Assembly (NCBI GenBank): GCA_964399615.1
Contig: CAYNTE010000002.1
Span: forward strand, 1 to 38,516
Length of the DNA stretch: 38,516 nucleotides
Source: an uncultured Thermomicrobiales bacterium
Lineage (GTDB): Bacteria > Chloroflexota > Chloroflexia > Thermomicrobiales > CFX8
Direction: 5' to 3'
Positions within the stretch are counted from its first letter, which is position 1; each line of letters begins with the position of its first letter. The position numbers were made by a program, and so were the translations under genes. The notes under the pieces are model-generated. The model saw only the letters and a program-made list of their open reading frames with translations. It had not been told where the DNA came from and did no database searches. Of this stretch, positions 1 to 9,004 are shown one piece after another.

Positions 1-2
1 AC

Positions 3-836
3 GCGCTCAAGTGCGCACTGGCACCGGAAGTTCCCAACAACGAGGGTTCATTCCGTCCAGTCCACGTCACTGCTCCGGAGGGATGCATCTTGAACGCACA
101 ACACCCCGCAGCGGTGGGATCGCGCAGCATCATCGGGCACTTCCTGCCGGGTGTCATCTTCGGTGCGCTCGCTCCAATCATCCCCGATCGGGTGATGGCT
201 GATGGCGCAGCCAATATTTGGATCAACCAGTTCACCGGGGAGGACGCAGCTGGCGATACCTGGACCTATGTCTGGTTTTCGGCTGGGGGCACTGGCGCGC
301 GACCAACCAAGGACGGCATCAGCGCCACGGCCTTCCCCAGCGGTATCTCCGGCGTGCCAGCCGAAGTCATCGAGTCGCTCTCGCCCATCGTTATGCACCG
401 TCGCGAGCTGCGGCCTGACTCTGGCGGTGCAGGCAAGTTCCGCGGAGGTTTCGGGCAGGTCATGGAGGTCTCGGTACGCTCCGGCAAGCCCTACACCCTC
501 TCGCCGCTCTTCGACCGTACGCACTACGCGGCCTCGGGCTATGCTGGCGGGCTTTCCGGCATGCTCGGCGCAATCCGCAAGCCAGGGGGAGAGCCGTTCG
601 AGGGCAAAGGCATGCGTGAGTTTGGCCCTGACGAGCGCGTCATCCTTGAGCTACCCGGTGGTGGCGGCTATGGCGATCCTCTCGACCGCGACCCCGAAGC
701 TGTGCGCACCGATGTGCTAGATGGCCTGGTCTCACGGGAGGTGGCCGAGCGTGACTATGGTGTCGTGATCGACGAAAGCACCCTCGAGATCGACGTTGAG
801 GCCACGCAATCGCGGCGGGCGGCAAGCACCGGATAA
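3..836 (+). CDS. Hydantoinase B/oxoprolinase family protein, C-terminal fragment (5' end lies upstream of window)
   Basis: Frame 3 is open from the window start. The translation ...APEGCILNAQHPAAVGSRSIIGH...GGGGYGDPLDRDPEAVRTDVLDGLVSREVAERDYGVV matches the conserved C-terminal part of hydantoinase B/5-oxoprolinase-type proteins. Stop TAA at 834-836. Confidence 0.8.
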   Translation, partial: ALKCALAPEVPNNEGSFRPVHVTAPEGCILNAQHPAAVGSRSIIGHFLPGVIFGALAPIIPDRVMADGAANIWINQFTGEDAAGDTWTYVWFSAGGTGARPTKDGISATAFPSGISGVPAEVIESLSPIVMHRRELRPDSGGAGKFRGGFGQVMEVSVRSGKPYTLSPLFDRTHYAASGYAGGLSGMLGAIRKPGGEPFEGKGMREFGPDERVILELPGGGGYGDPLDRDPEAVRTDVLDGLVSREVAERDYGVVIDESTLEIDVEATQSRRAASTG

Positions 837-1183
837 CCGTTGACATAAGGGTAATTTTCGGTAGCCTGTAGCGGTGTCGTTGCGCGACGCTTGCCCAGTG
901 GCCTCACGACGTGGTTATAATCCCCACCAGACTAATCATTCGTATCGTTCGACACCCAACATTCTGAGCTAACTTCTCAGAGTCTCGTGACGGGCGATTC
1001 GCTATTGCGAGAGGAGTGCCGACTAACCCTCTTGCACGCCTCTTTCGGGTGTGTAACGCGTGCCCGCGAGATTGCGTGAGAGGGCGTCGAACTGCCCATG
1101 TGCGAGCTGGACGAGGGGATCAGTCGTTGTGGGCTGCGACGCGACAGCAGAAATATCCGTGTACATTCCGGGAGGAAATCTTC

Positions 1184-3169
1184 ATGTCCATTGACCAACG
1201 TGGCGTCGATCGCTTGCGAGCGGAGGTATTAGAGAACAAGCTCAATCGACGGGATGTTTTGAAGCGCTCGCTGGCCCTGGGGTTGACGGCCCCAGCCATC
1301 GCCACGCTGCTCGCTGCTTGTGGTGGCGACGATGACGACGACAGCGACGCCACCGAAGCGGCCGAAGAGACTGAAGCTTCATCGGGCCAGGATGAAGCTG
1401 AGACTGAGGAAGCTGTGGAGACCGAGGCAGCGGCTGAAGGCACCGAGGCGGAAATGACGGAAGCCGAGTCCACAGAAGCTGAATCCACAGAATCAGAATC
1501 TACAGAAGCCGCGACCGAAGGCGCAGAGACCGAAGAGAGCAGCGATGCTGAGGAGCCAGCCGGAGAGCGTGGCGGCATGGGCGATCTGCTGCTGCTCTAC
1601 TGGCAAGCGCCGACGATCCTGAACATCCATCTCTCGCAAGGCACCAAGGACGACCACGCCTCGCGGGTGTGTCTGGAGCCTCTGGTCGACTTCGACTCCG
1701 ACGCCAACCCGATTCTCTATCTGGCCGAGGAATATCCCTCAGTCGAGAACGGCACGCTGGCCGAAGACGGCACCTGGGTGACCTGGAAGCTCCGCAAAGG
1801 TGTCAAGTGGCACGATGGCGAGGACTTCACCGCCGAAGATGTGAAATTCACCTGGGAGTATGCGTCGAATCCGGACACCACCGCGACGACGATCGACTCC
1901 TATTCGAACATCGAGAGCGTCGACATCATTGACGACCACACCGTCAGGCTGAACTTCTTTGGACCGACGCCGAACTGGTTTGACTCATTCGGTGGTCCGC
2001 TCGTGTTGCCCGAGCATGTCTTGCGCGACTATGTCGGCGCGAAGGCTGCCGACGCGCCATTTAACCTGATGCCGATCGGTACTGGGCCATACAAGGTGGT
2101 GCAGTTCAACCCGGGCGACGTTGTGGTCTATGAGTTGTTTGAAGACTACTGGGATCCGGGCAAGCCTCACTTCGATCGCGTGCAGATGAAAGGTGGCGGC
2201 GACGCAACCTCTGCAGCTCGTGCCGTGCTCGTCACGGGCGAGGCGGATTGGGCCTGGAACCTGCAAGTCGAGCCGAAGGTGCTCAATCAGCTGGCTGAAG
2301 AGGGTGGTGACACTGGAGAGCTGGTCGCCGTGCCAGGCGTCAGCGCTGAGCGGATCATGATCAACTTCGCCGATCCCCATACTGAGGTCGACGGTGCATT
2401 CAGCGAGCCTTCGACGGAGCACCCGATCTGGAAGTTCAAGGAGGCGCGCGAGGCGATCAATCTGGCCGCTCAGCGTCAGGTCATCACCGATCAGCTCTAC
2501 GGCACCGGTAGTGAGGCAACTGGCGATTCGTTGAACGTGCCGCCGCGCTTCAAGCAGGACTGGCCGTGGGAGTACAACCTGGACAAGGCCAAGGAGAAGC
2601 TGGCGGCCATCAACTTCCCCGATGATTTCGAGAGCAACGAGATCGTCTATCAGACATCGATCAATACTGTGCGGCAGAAGACGCAAGAGATCATCAAGTC
2701 TGACCTCGAAGAGCTTGGATTCGCCGTGTCACTCAAGACGGTCGACTCCAGCGTCTTCTTCTCATCGGACGCCGGCAACCCCGATACGACGGGTCACTTC
2801 TACGCGGATCTCGAGATGTACACCAACGGACCAGGAAGTCCGTACCCGATCGCTTGGGCGTCGCGCTTCCGGGCCGACCAGATCGCCTCGCAAGCGAATC
2901 AGTGGCGTGGTTCGAACATCTCACGCTGGAACAATCCGAAGTACGACGAGCTTCACGACAAGGCGCAGGTGACGATTGACCAGGACGAGCAAAACGAAAT
3001 CTGGGCCGAGATGCTGGGTCTCGCCTACGAAGATATCGTCGAGGTCCCGCTGGTTTGGCGTGGCGCGGCAGCTGCGGTGAACAGCCGTATTCAGAACTGG
3101 ACGCCGAGCACCTGGGCATCGACCCCGGTCTACGACCTCAAGAACTGGACGACTGAGGACGTGCGCTAG
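1184..3169 (+). CDS. ABC transporter substrate-binding lipoprotein, family 5 (peptide/nickel, DppA/OppA-like), paralog 1
   Basis: Tracked ORF is 1016-3169. Start moved to ATG 1184, preceded by GGGAGG at 1170-1175 with an 8-nt spacer. The N-terminus has a twin-arginine-like NRRDVLKR followed by lipobox LLAAC. Contains the family-5 SBP block WKLRKGVKWHDGEDFTAEDVKFTWE. A long acidic linker follows the lipobox. Confidence 0.9.
   Translation: MSIDQRGVDRLRAEVLENKLNRRDVLKRSLALGLTAPAIATLLAACGGDDDDDSDATEAAEETEASSGQDEAETEEAVETEAAAEGTEAEMTEAESTEAESTESESTEAATEGAETEESSDAEEPAGERGGMGDLLLLYWQAPTILNIHLSQGTKDDHASRVCLEPLVDFDSDANPILYLAEEYPSVENGTLAEDGTWVTWKLRKGVKWHDGEDFTAEDVKFTWEYASNPDTTATTIDSYSNIESVDIIDDHTVRLNFFGPTPNWFDSFGGPLVLPEHVLRDYVGAKAADAPFNLMPIGTGPYKVVQFNPGDVVVYELFEDYWDPGKPHFDRVQMKGGGDATSAARAVLVTGEADWAWNLQVEPKVLNQLAEEGGDTGELVAVPGVSAERIMINFADPHTEVDGAFSEPSTEHPIWKFKEAREAINLAAQRQVITDQLYGTGSEATGDSLNVPPRFKQDWPWEYNLDKAKEKLAAINFPDDFESNEIVYQTSINTVRQKTQEIIKSDLEELGFAVSLKTVDSSVFFSSDAGNPDTTGHFYADLEMYTNGPGSPYPIAWASRFRADQIASQANQWRGSNISRWNNPKYDELHDKAQVTIDQDEQNEIWAEMLGLAYEDIVEVPLVWRGAAAAVNSRIQNWTPSTWASTPVYDLKNWTTEDVR
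1457..1510 (+). repeat. Imperfect in-frame 15-nt tandem repeats encoding TEAES/TEAES/TESES/TEA inside an acidic D/E/T/A linker
   Basis: Read directly as acg gaa gcc gag tcc / aca gaa gct gaa tcc / aca gaa tca gaa tct / aca gaa gcc. The repeats lie inside the low-complexity stretch at about 1328-1575 of SBP paralog 1. Confidence 0.7.
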
Positions 3170-3195
3170 CACCCCAGCTTCTCCGAGAAATCGAT

Positions 3196-3221
3196 GGATC
3201 CTGAGCCAGAGCTCAGGATCC
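3196..3221 (+). terminator. Perfect 11-bp hairpin after SBP paralog 1 (possible terminator or processing/stability element)
   Basis: GGATCCTGAGC-caga-GCTCAGGATCC lies about 25 nt after the stop at 3169. No U-tract follows, so intrinsic termination is uncertain. Confidence 0.4.
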
Positions 3222-3407
3222 GTCTCGGCATGCCGATCTCGCTATCCGGCACGTTCGGTGACTGGCTGTCCACAGCATGAACTATTCCGTTTAAACTCAT
3301 GATCGGAACATCGTCGCACAAGCCTGATCGAGGCTGTCGGGGCAGCAGTCAAGATCGCAATACACGCAGGGCTGCGGCAAGCGCGTTAAGAACGCTGAGG
3401 GGGCATC

Positions 3408-5255
3408 GTGGAGAAGCGGCCGACCGATACTGATCGGCTCTGGAGAGAAGTTTCACGCGGAACACTTTCTCGTCGTCAGATACTCCGCCGGGCCATCGCT
3501 CTCGGGCTGAGCGCTCCGTCGATCTCTGCGCTTCTGGCCGCTTGTTCCTTCTTCGACGACGACAATGAGCCAGCGGCGACCGCAACGAACGACTTGAACC
3601 CGGCTGTTACAGCCACCGCACCTGCAACTCCGCCCCCGCCCACGGGAACGCCTGAATTAACGCGGGGCGCTGGTGGTGGTTTGCGTCTGATTGATCACAG
3701 CGTGCCGGTAACGCTCAACCCGCACCTGGCGACCAGCGATGTCGATCGATCCGCCGCGGCCATTGCTGGTGAAGCACTCTTCGAGTGGAATGAGAACATC
3801 GAACCGGTGCTCTTCCTTGCGCGCGAGTGGCCAACCGTGGAAGCCGGCACGCTCGATCCCAACGGCACCTATGTCATCTGGAAGCTCCGGCAGGGCGTCA
3901 AGTGGCACGACGGTGAAGATTTCACCGCCGGCGACGTGAAGTTCACCTGGGAATTCGCGACGGATCCCGAGACCCAATCGACTACCGCGGACCTGTTCGA
4001 GCGCATCGCCAGCATTGACGTGATTGACGACCACACCGTCAAGCTGAATTTTTCAGCGCCCAACCCAGCCTGGATCGATCACTTCTGCGGTGCGCGAGGT
4101 ATCGTCCTGCCCGAGCACCTATTGCGTGAGGAGATGGGGACGGGTGTGCGCGACGCGGCCTTCAATCTGATGCCGGTTTATACGGGCCCATTCCAGGTCA
4201 CCGAATTCAGGCCGGGAGAATCCATCAATTTCGACGTCTTCGATGACTATTGGGACGCGGATCTGCCCTATTTCAGCGAGGTCGAGCTGGGTGTGAACAG
4301 CGACTCCGCCTCGAGTGCTCGAGCAGTCCTCGAAGACGGCACGGCGGATTGTGCAGTCAATTTGCAGATTGATAAGAATTTGCAGCTTCAGTATGTGCAG
4401 GGCGCATCACAGGGGCAGTTGCTTCTCACGCCGTCGACCGGTGTCGAGTGCATTGTGCTCAATCTGCGCGATCCTGCCGGGCCAGATGGTGACGTCAGAG
4501 ATGAAGCTGAACCTGATCATCCAATCTGGCGATACAGACCCGCCCGCGAGGCGTTGAACCTCGCCATCCGGCGAGATGACATCGTCGATCGGGTCTTTGG
4601 CGCTGGCCACGAAGCGACCGGCGACATAATCAATGTGCCAACGCGCTTCAAGCTCAACTGGCCGTGGGAGTTCAGCCCGGAGGGCGCTCGCACCAAGCTG
4701 GCGCAGGTAAATTTCCCTGCCGCGTTCAAAGGGCACGTCGTCCTCTTTCAGACCAGCACTGACGAGCGGCGTGTCCAAATTCAGGAGATCGTGCAGGCGG
4801 ACCTCGAGAGTCTCGGCTTCAACATGGAGCTCAAAGCCATCGATGGTCAGGTCTACTTTGGGCCAGGTCTGGATAATCCAGACTCTTTCCGCCGGTTTCA
4901 AGCCGATCTTGAGATGTACACCATCTCGACGGCCAGCCCGTACCCCCTGCGGGTGGCCCAATCGTTTACGCCCGAGCAGATCCCGCTTGCCTCGAATGAC
5001 TGGACTGGCGGGAACGTCGGCCAGTACGTGAATGCCGATTACACGAATCTCGTGGAGCGGGCTGCTGTCGCCGTTGCCATCGACGAGCAGAACGAGCTCT
5101 GGAAACAACTGCTGACCGTGCTGTATCAGGATGTCGTGGTGATACCGATCGTTTGGCGCAGCGATGTGGCGGCAATCAGCCAGCGACTGGATGGTGTGCG
5201 GTCGAGCCCGTACGCCAGCCTCTGGTCATTCATCAAATACTGGAAAGTCCGATAG
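3408..5255 (+). CDS. ABC transporter substrate-binding lipoprotein, family 5, paralog 2
   Basis: GTG 3408 is preceded by GAGGGGG (3397-3403). N-terminus has twin-arginine SRRQILRR followed by lipobox LLAAC. The block WKLRQGVKWHDGEDFTAGDVKFTWE and many further blocks are collinear with paralog 1, for example IDDHTVKLNF and NLMPxxTGP. Confidence 0.9.
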   Translation: MEKRPTDTDRLWREVSRGTLSRRQILRRAIALGLSAPSISALLAACSFFDDDNEPAATATNDLNPAVTATAPATPPPPTGTPELTRGAGGGLRLIDHSVPVTLNPHLATSDVDRSAAAIAGEALFEWNENIEPVLFLAREWPTVEAGTLDPNGTYVIWKLRQGVKWHDGEDFTAGDVKFTWEFATDPETQSTTADLFERIASIDVIDDHTVKLNFSAPNPAWIDHFCGARGIVLPEHLLREEMGTGVRDAAFNLMPVYTGPFQVTEFRPGESINFDVFDDYWDADLPYFSEVELGVNSDSASSARAVLEDGTADCAVNLQIDKNLQLQYVQGASQGQLLLTPSTGVECIVLNLRDPAGPDGDVRDEAEPDHPIWRYRPAREALNLAIRRDDIVDRVFGAGHEATGDIINVPTRFKLNWPWEFSPEGARTKLAQVNFPAAFKGHVVLFQTSTDERRVQIQEIVQADLESLGFNMELKAIDGQVYFGPGLDNPDSFRRFQADLEMYTISTASPYPLRVAQSFTPEQIPLASNDWTGGNVGQYVNADYTNLVERAAVAVAIDEQNELWKQLLTVLYQDVVVIPIVWRSDVAAISQRLDGVRSSPYASLWSFIKYWKVR

Positions 5256-5644
5256 ACCTTACTCCAGCTATTGGGCAGAATGTGAAGAAAACCACTAAGC
5301 GGAGTTAGGCGTATATAGAAGGCAGTCCAAGGCAAATCGTGGGTATCTTCCTGCAGCTTCGCGTGAGGATACGTCGAAGTCGAGTTTCTGGCGAGAATCC
5401 GCGATTTTCAGGCTCCAGCGATGGTATGAGAAAGCGATACGCACGCGCGAAGTCGTGGCAGTTTGGTACGCACGATGAAGTGCCCTTCTAGGAGAATGTG
5501 AATTCGCGTGCTATAGTGCAGAACATCCGAAAGACAGCGGCAATGACACGCTGGCGATGTTCTTGCGTCGCAGAAAGATATTCCGAACGCATCATCTCGT
5601 GGTGACCGCGCGATGCCGGGTCGGAAGAGAAGAAAGCAGGAGAG

Positions 5645-6631
5645 ATGGGGCAATACATCATACGTCGGGTCCTTGCCGCGATTCCGACGTTGTTGGCGAT
5701 TTCTTTGGTGATCTTCGCGATTCTTGCGCTTGCACCGGGTGATCCCCTCGCGGATCTCGCACTGAACCCGCAGGTGCCACCAGAAGTTCGCCAACAGTTG
5801 CGAAAAGACCTTGGGCTCGAAGACCCAATGCCGGTTCGCTACGTCAAATGGCTGACCTCAAGCACCTTCGGACAGTTTGGTCTCTTTGGTTACGACCAAC
5901 TGACCTCGTTCCGCACCCGTGGCCCCGTGCTCGACCTGGTGATGGAGCGGCTGCCCCGCACCATCTGGATCAGTGGCACCGCCTTGTTAGTCGGCATATT
6001 GGTCGCTATCCCGATCGGCGTACTCTCGGCAGTCAAGCAGTATTCGATTTTCGACCAGGTTGCGACGACACTGACGTTCTTCGGCTTCTCAATCCCTACG
6101 TTCTTTAGTGGACTCTTGTTCATCCTCTTCTTCAGTATCCAATTAGAGTTATTACCATTCATCTTCAGATCCACGCTTGACGAGGCAACATGGTCGCCGG
6201 CCTGGATGTGGGTGATGCTCAAGCAGTCGATCATGCCGATTGCCGTGCTTGGGCTCTTCCAGGCTGCAACATTCACCCGCTACGTGCGTGCCTCGATGCT
6301 CGAGAATATCCACCTGGATTACGTGCGAACCGCACGAGCCAAGGGGCTTGCCAGCCGCGATGTCATCTACCGGCACGTGCTACGCAATGCCCTGATTCCA
6401 GTGGTGACGATTGTGGCTCTCTCGATGCCAGGCGTTATTGCCGGCGCAGTGATTACCGAGCAGATCTTCCGTGTGCCGGGTCTCGGGCTGCTGCTGATTG
6501 ATTCGATTCTGGCCAACGACACGCCAGTGGTGATGACGTTGACCTTCATGTTCTCGATTGCGGTGGTCTTCTTCAATCTTGTTGCTGATGTGATCTACGG
6601 CATTCTCGATCCACGGATCAAGTACTCGTAG
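5645..6631 (+). CDS. ABC transporter permease (DppB/OppB-like)
   Basis: ATG is preceded by AGGAGAG. Multiple hydrophobic helices. Typical N-terminus MGQYIIRRVLAAIPTLL and the conserved loop YVRTARAKGLASRDVIYRHVLRNALIPV of peptide/nickel-type permeases. Confidence 0.9.
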   Translation: MGQYIIRRVLAAIPTLLAISLVIFAILALAPGDPLADLALNPQVPPEVRQQLRKDLGLEDPMPVRYVKWLTSSTFGQFGLFGYDQLTSFRTRGPVLDLVMERLPRTIWISGTALLVGILVAIPIGVLSAVKQYSIFDQVATTLTFFGFSIPTFFSGLLFILFFSIQLELLPFIFRSTLDEATWSPAWMWVMLKQSIMPIAVLGLFQAATFTRYVRASMLENIHLDYVRTARAKGLASRDVIYRHVLRNALIPVVTIVALSMPGVIAGAVITEQIFRVPGLGLLLIDSILANDTPVVMTLTFMFSIAVVFFNLVADVIYGILDPRIKYS

Positions 6632-6661
6632 CGCTGGGCACAGTGTAGAAGGGTTAACACA

Positions 6662-7630
6662 ATGGCAGAAGTCACTGGGCAGAGCGCAGACACTCGAACT
6701 CCAGAAGTCGACGTTGCGGCGGCTTCCGACCAGCTCTCGCAGCTTTCGCGCCGCAAACCTCGAACACTTTGGCGCGACGCAGCGACGCGCTTCCGCAAGC
6801 ACAAGCTGGCAATGATCGGCGCCGGTATCCTGATCTTTATGATCATTGCCGTAGCTATAGGTCCGTTCCTGAGGCCCCAGACCGACATCGACTTCCAGCA
6901 CGAGTTGCTGGGACCATCGCTGGACCGCCCTATGGGCACGGACGATATGGGACGTGATGTCTTCGCCCGGCTCCTCTATGGCGGTCGAATCTCGATCGCT
7001 GTCGGCCTGGTGGCCATGATCATCTCGGTTACCGTCGGCACGATGGTTGGATCGCTCGCAGGCTTCTTCGGCGGATTTATTGATTCGGTGCTGATGCGCT
7101 TGACCGACATGATGCTCTCGCTGCCGAGTCTCCCGCTACTCCTCCTGATCAGCTACCTTTTCCGTGAATCGATGAAGGAGAAGTTCGGCCAGAACATCGG
7201 TATGTTCATGCTAATTGTCGGGGTCATCGGGCTCCTGGCGTGGATGCCGGTCGCACGGCTGGTGCGCGCCTCCTTCCTTTCGATCAAGCAGAAGGAATTC
7301 ATCGAGGCGGCGCATTGTATCGGCGCCTCACGGACCTCGCTGATCTTCAAGCACATCCTCCCGAATACGCTGAGCCCGGTTATCGTAGCCGCGACGCTTG
7401 GGGTTGGTTCAGCCATCATCACCGAGTCGTCGCTCTCGTTCCTCGGCCTGGGGTTCCCACCCGACATCCCAACCTGGGGCCAGCTGCTCTTCTCGTATAA
7501 GGACTGGTTGCCGATCGCCTGGTGGACCGTTATCTTCCCGGGTATGGCAATCTTTATCGCCGTGCTTTCGATCAACTATGTCGGTGACGGATTGCGCGAC
7601 GCGCTGGATCCACGCTTCCACGACGGATAG
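6662..7630 (+). CDS. ABC transporter permease (DppC/OppC-like)
   Basis: Contains the motif GTDDMGRDVFARLLYGGRISI and the loop EAAHCIGASRTSLIFKHILPN characteristic of DppC/OppC-type permeases. Multiple TM helices. Confidence 0.9.
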   Translation: MAEVTGQSADTRTPEVDVAAASDQLSQLSRRKPRTLWRDAATRFRKHKLAMIGAGILIFMIIAVAIGPFLRPQTDIDFQHELLGPSLDRPMGTDDMGRDVFARLLYGGRISIAVGLVAMIISVTVGTMVGSLAGFFGGFIDSVLMRLTDMMLSLPSLPLLLLISYLFRESMKEKFGQNIGMFMLIVGVIGLLAWMPVARLVRASFLSIKQKEFIEAAHCIGASRTSLIFKHILPNTLSPVIVAATLGVGSAIITESSLSFLGLGFPPDIPTWGQLLFSYKDWLPIAWWTVIFPGMAIFIAVLSINYVGDGLRDALDPRFHDG

Positions 7631-7655
7631 GGCTTCGGCGTTCAATATGTGTCTA

Positions 7656-7687
7656 ACGGGCGGTCCATCGGGCCGCCCGTACTTTTT
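7656..7687 (+). terminator. Intrinsic terminator after the permease genes
   Basis: Stem ACGGGCGGTCC-atc-GGGCCGCCCGT (11 bp with one wobble) is followed by acTTTTTg (7683-7687), 26 nt after the permease stop. Confidence 0.7.
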
Positions 7688-7753
7688 GCCTCCCATATCC
7701 ACGCCCGGGCTGGCACAATCAGCTGGGTAGCTTGGGACCAGGGGAGGTGCTAC

Positions 7754-9004
7754 GTGAAGCTCAGATCAGTCGCGACGGAGGAGACGTTCGATCCGAGAGA
7801 TCTACGGCTCAATGATAGCCAGGGCAACCTGCTTGAGGTGGAGCTGGAGATCCCGCCACTTGAGCGCTCGACCTTCGATGACCGTCTCGGGACGCTGGAT
7901 CATCCGCTGCGCTCTGGAGTCTGGCGCTATCGGGAGTTGATGCCGGATTTTCCAGACGATGTGATCGTGTCGCGGCAAGAGGGCAACACCAACCTCTATC
8001 GCGATGACCGCCTCGATGATCTGACCGGCGTCAAGCTGTGGCTGAAGCATGAAGGTGAGAACCCAACGGGCGCGTTCAAAGATCGCGGTATGACCGTTGG
8101 GATCAGCCACGCTCGTTGGGTTGGGGCGCGCGTCGTCGCCTGTGCATCGACGGGTAACACGAGTGCATCGGTTGCCAGCTACGCCGCCGCAGCGGGCCTA
8201 CCGTCGCTCGTCTTCATCCCCGACGGCAAGATCTCGGCGGGCAAGCTTGCGCAGACAGTGGCCTACGGCGCGCAGGTCGTGCAGGTGCAGGGTGATTTTG
8301 ACGCTGCGATGCGGATGGTGCGGCAGGCAACTGAGGAATACGGGATCTATCTGCTGAATTCACTGAATCCATTCCGGCTAGAGGGGCAGAAGTCGATCTT
8401 CTTTGAAGCGCTCCAGCAATTGCACTGGGAGCTTCCAGACTGGATCGTCTTGCCGGGCGGGAATCTGGGCAACACGAGTGCATTACATAAAGCGCTGCGT
8501 GAGGCACTCGCTGCCGGATTGATCGATTCAATGCCGCGCGTGGCGGTAGTGCAGGCAGCGGGTTCTGCGCCGTTCGCTGCTGCATACCAGCGCGGTTTTG
8601 ATGCGTTGGAGACTGTCGAGGCCAAGACACTGGCGAGTGCCATCCAGATCGGCAATCCGGTCAATTATCAAAAGGCCGTACGCGCGATTCGTGAGACCGA
8701 GGGCGTGGTGCTTGCGGTCGATGATGCCCAGATCATGGAAGCGAAAGCGGAGATCGACCGAGTCGGGATAGGCTGTGAGCCCGCTTCCGCTGCTGGTTTG
8801 GCTGGCATTCGCCAGCTCGTGGCGGACGGTACTATCGAGCGAGGCGAGCGGGTGCTGACCTATTTGACGGGGCATCTATTGAAGGATACTGAGGCGGTTG
8901 CGGCGTATCACCTGGGGGACCAGCCGGGCCCTGGCGCCAACCGTCCGCGCGCTATCGATGCCACCCCGGAGGCCTTAGCGCAGGTGATGGCCGATGTCCT
9001 TTAG
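7754..9004 (+). CDS. thrC: Threonine synthase
   Basis: PLP-lysine motif NPTGAFKDRG and overall collinearity with threonine synthases. Start placed at GTG 7754 (GGGGAGG at 7741-7747), because the tracked ATG 7649 would run through the upstream terminator. Confidence 0.93.
   Translation: MKLRSVATEETFDPRDLRLNDSQGNLLEVELEIPPLERSTFDDRLGTLDHPLRSGVWRYRELMPDFPDDVIVSRQEGNTNLYRDDRLDDLTGVKLWLKHEGENPTGAFKDRGMTVGISHARWVGARVVACASTGNTSASVASYAAAAGLPSLVFIPDGKISAGKLAQTVAYGAQVVQVQGDFDAAMRMVRQATEEYGIYLLNSLNPFRLEGQKSIFFEALQQLHWELPDWIVLPGGNLGNTSALHKALREALAAGLIDSMPRVAVVQAAGSAPFAAAYQRGFDALETVEAKTLASAIQIGNPVNYQKAVRAIRETEGVVLAVDDAQIMEAKAEIDRVGIGCEPASAAGLAGIRQLVADGTIERGERVLTYLTGHLLKDTEAVAAYHLGDQPGPGANRPRAIDATPEALAQVMADVL

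Noticed and set aside
7649-7753. Upstream ATG start for thrC
   Set aside because: The extension would be translated across the intrinsic terminator at 7656-7687 and adds non-conserved sequence. GTG 7754 has a strong GGGGAGG RBS.
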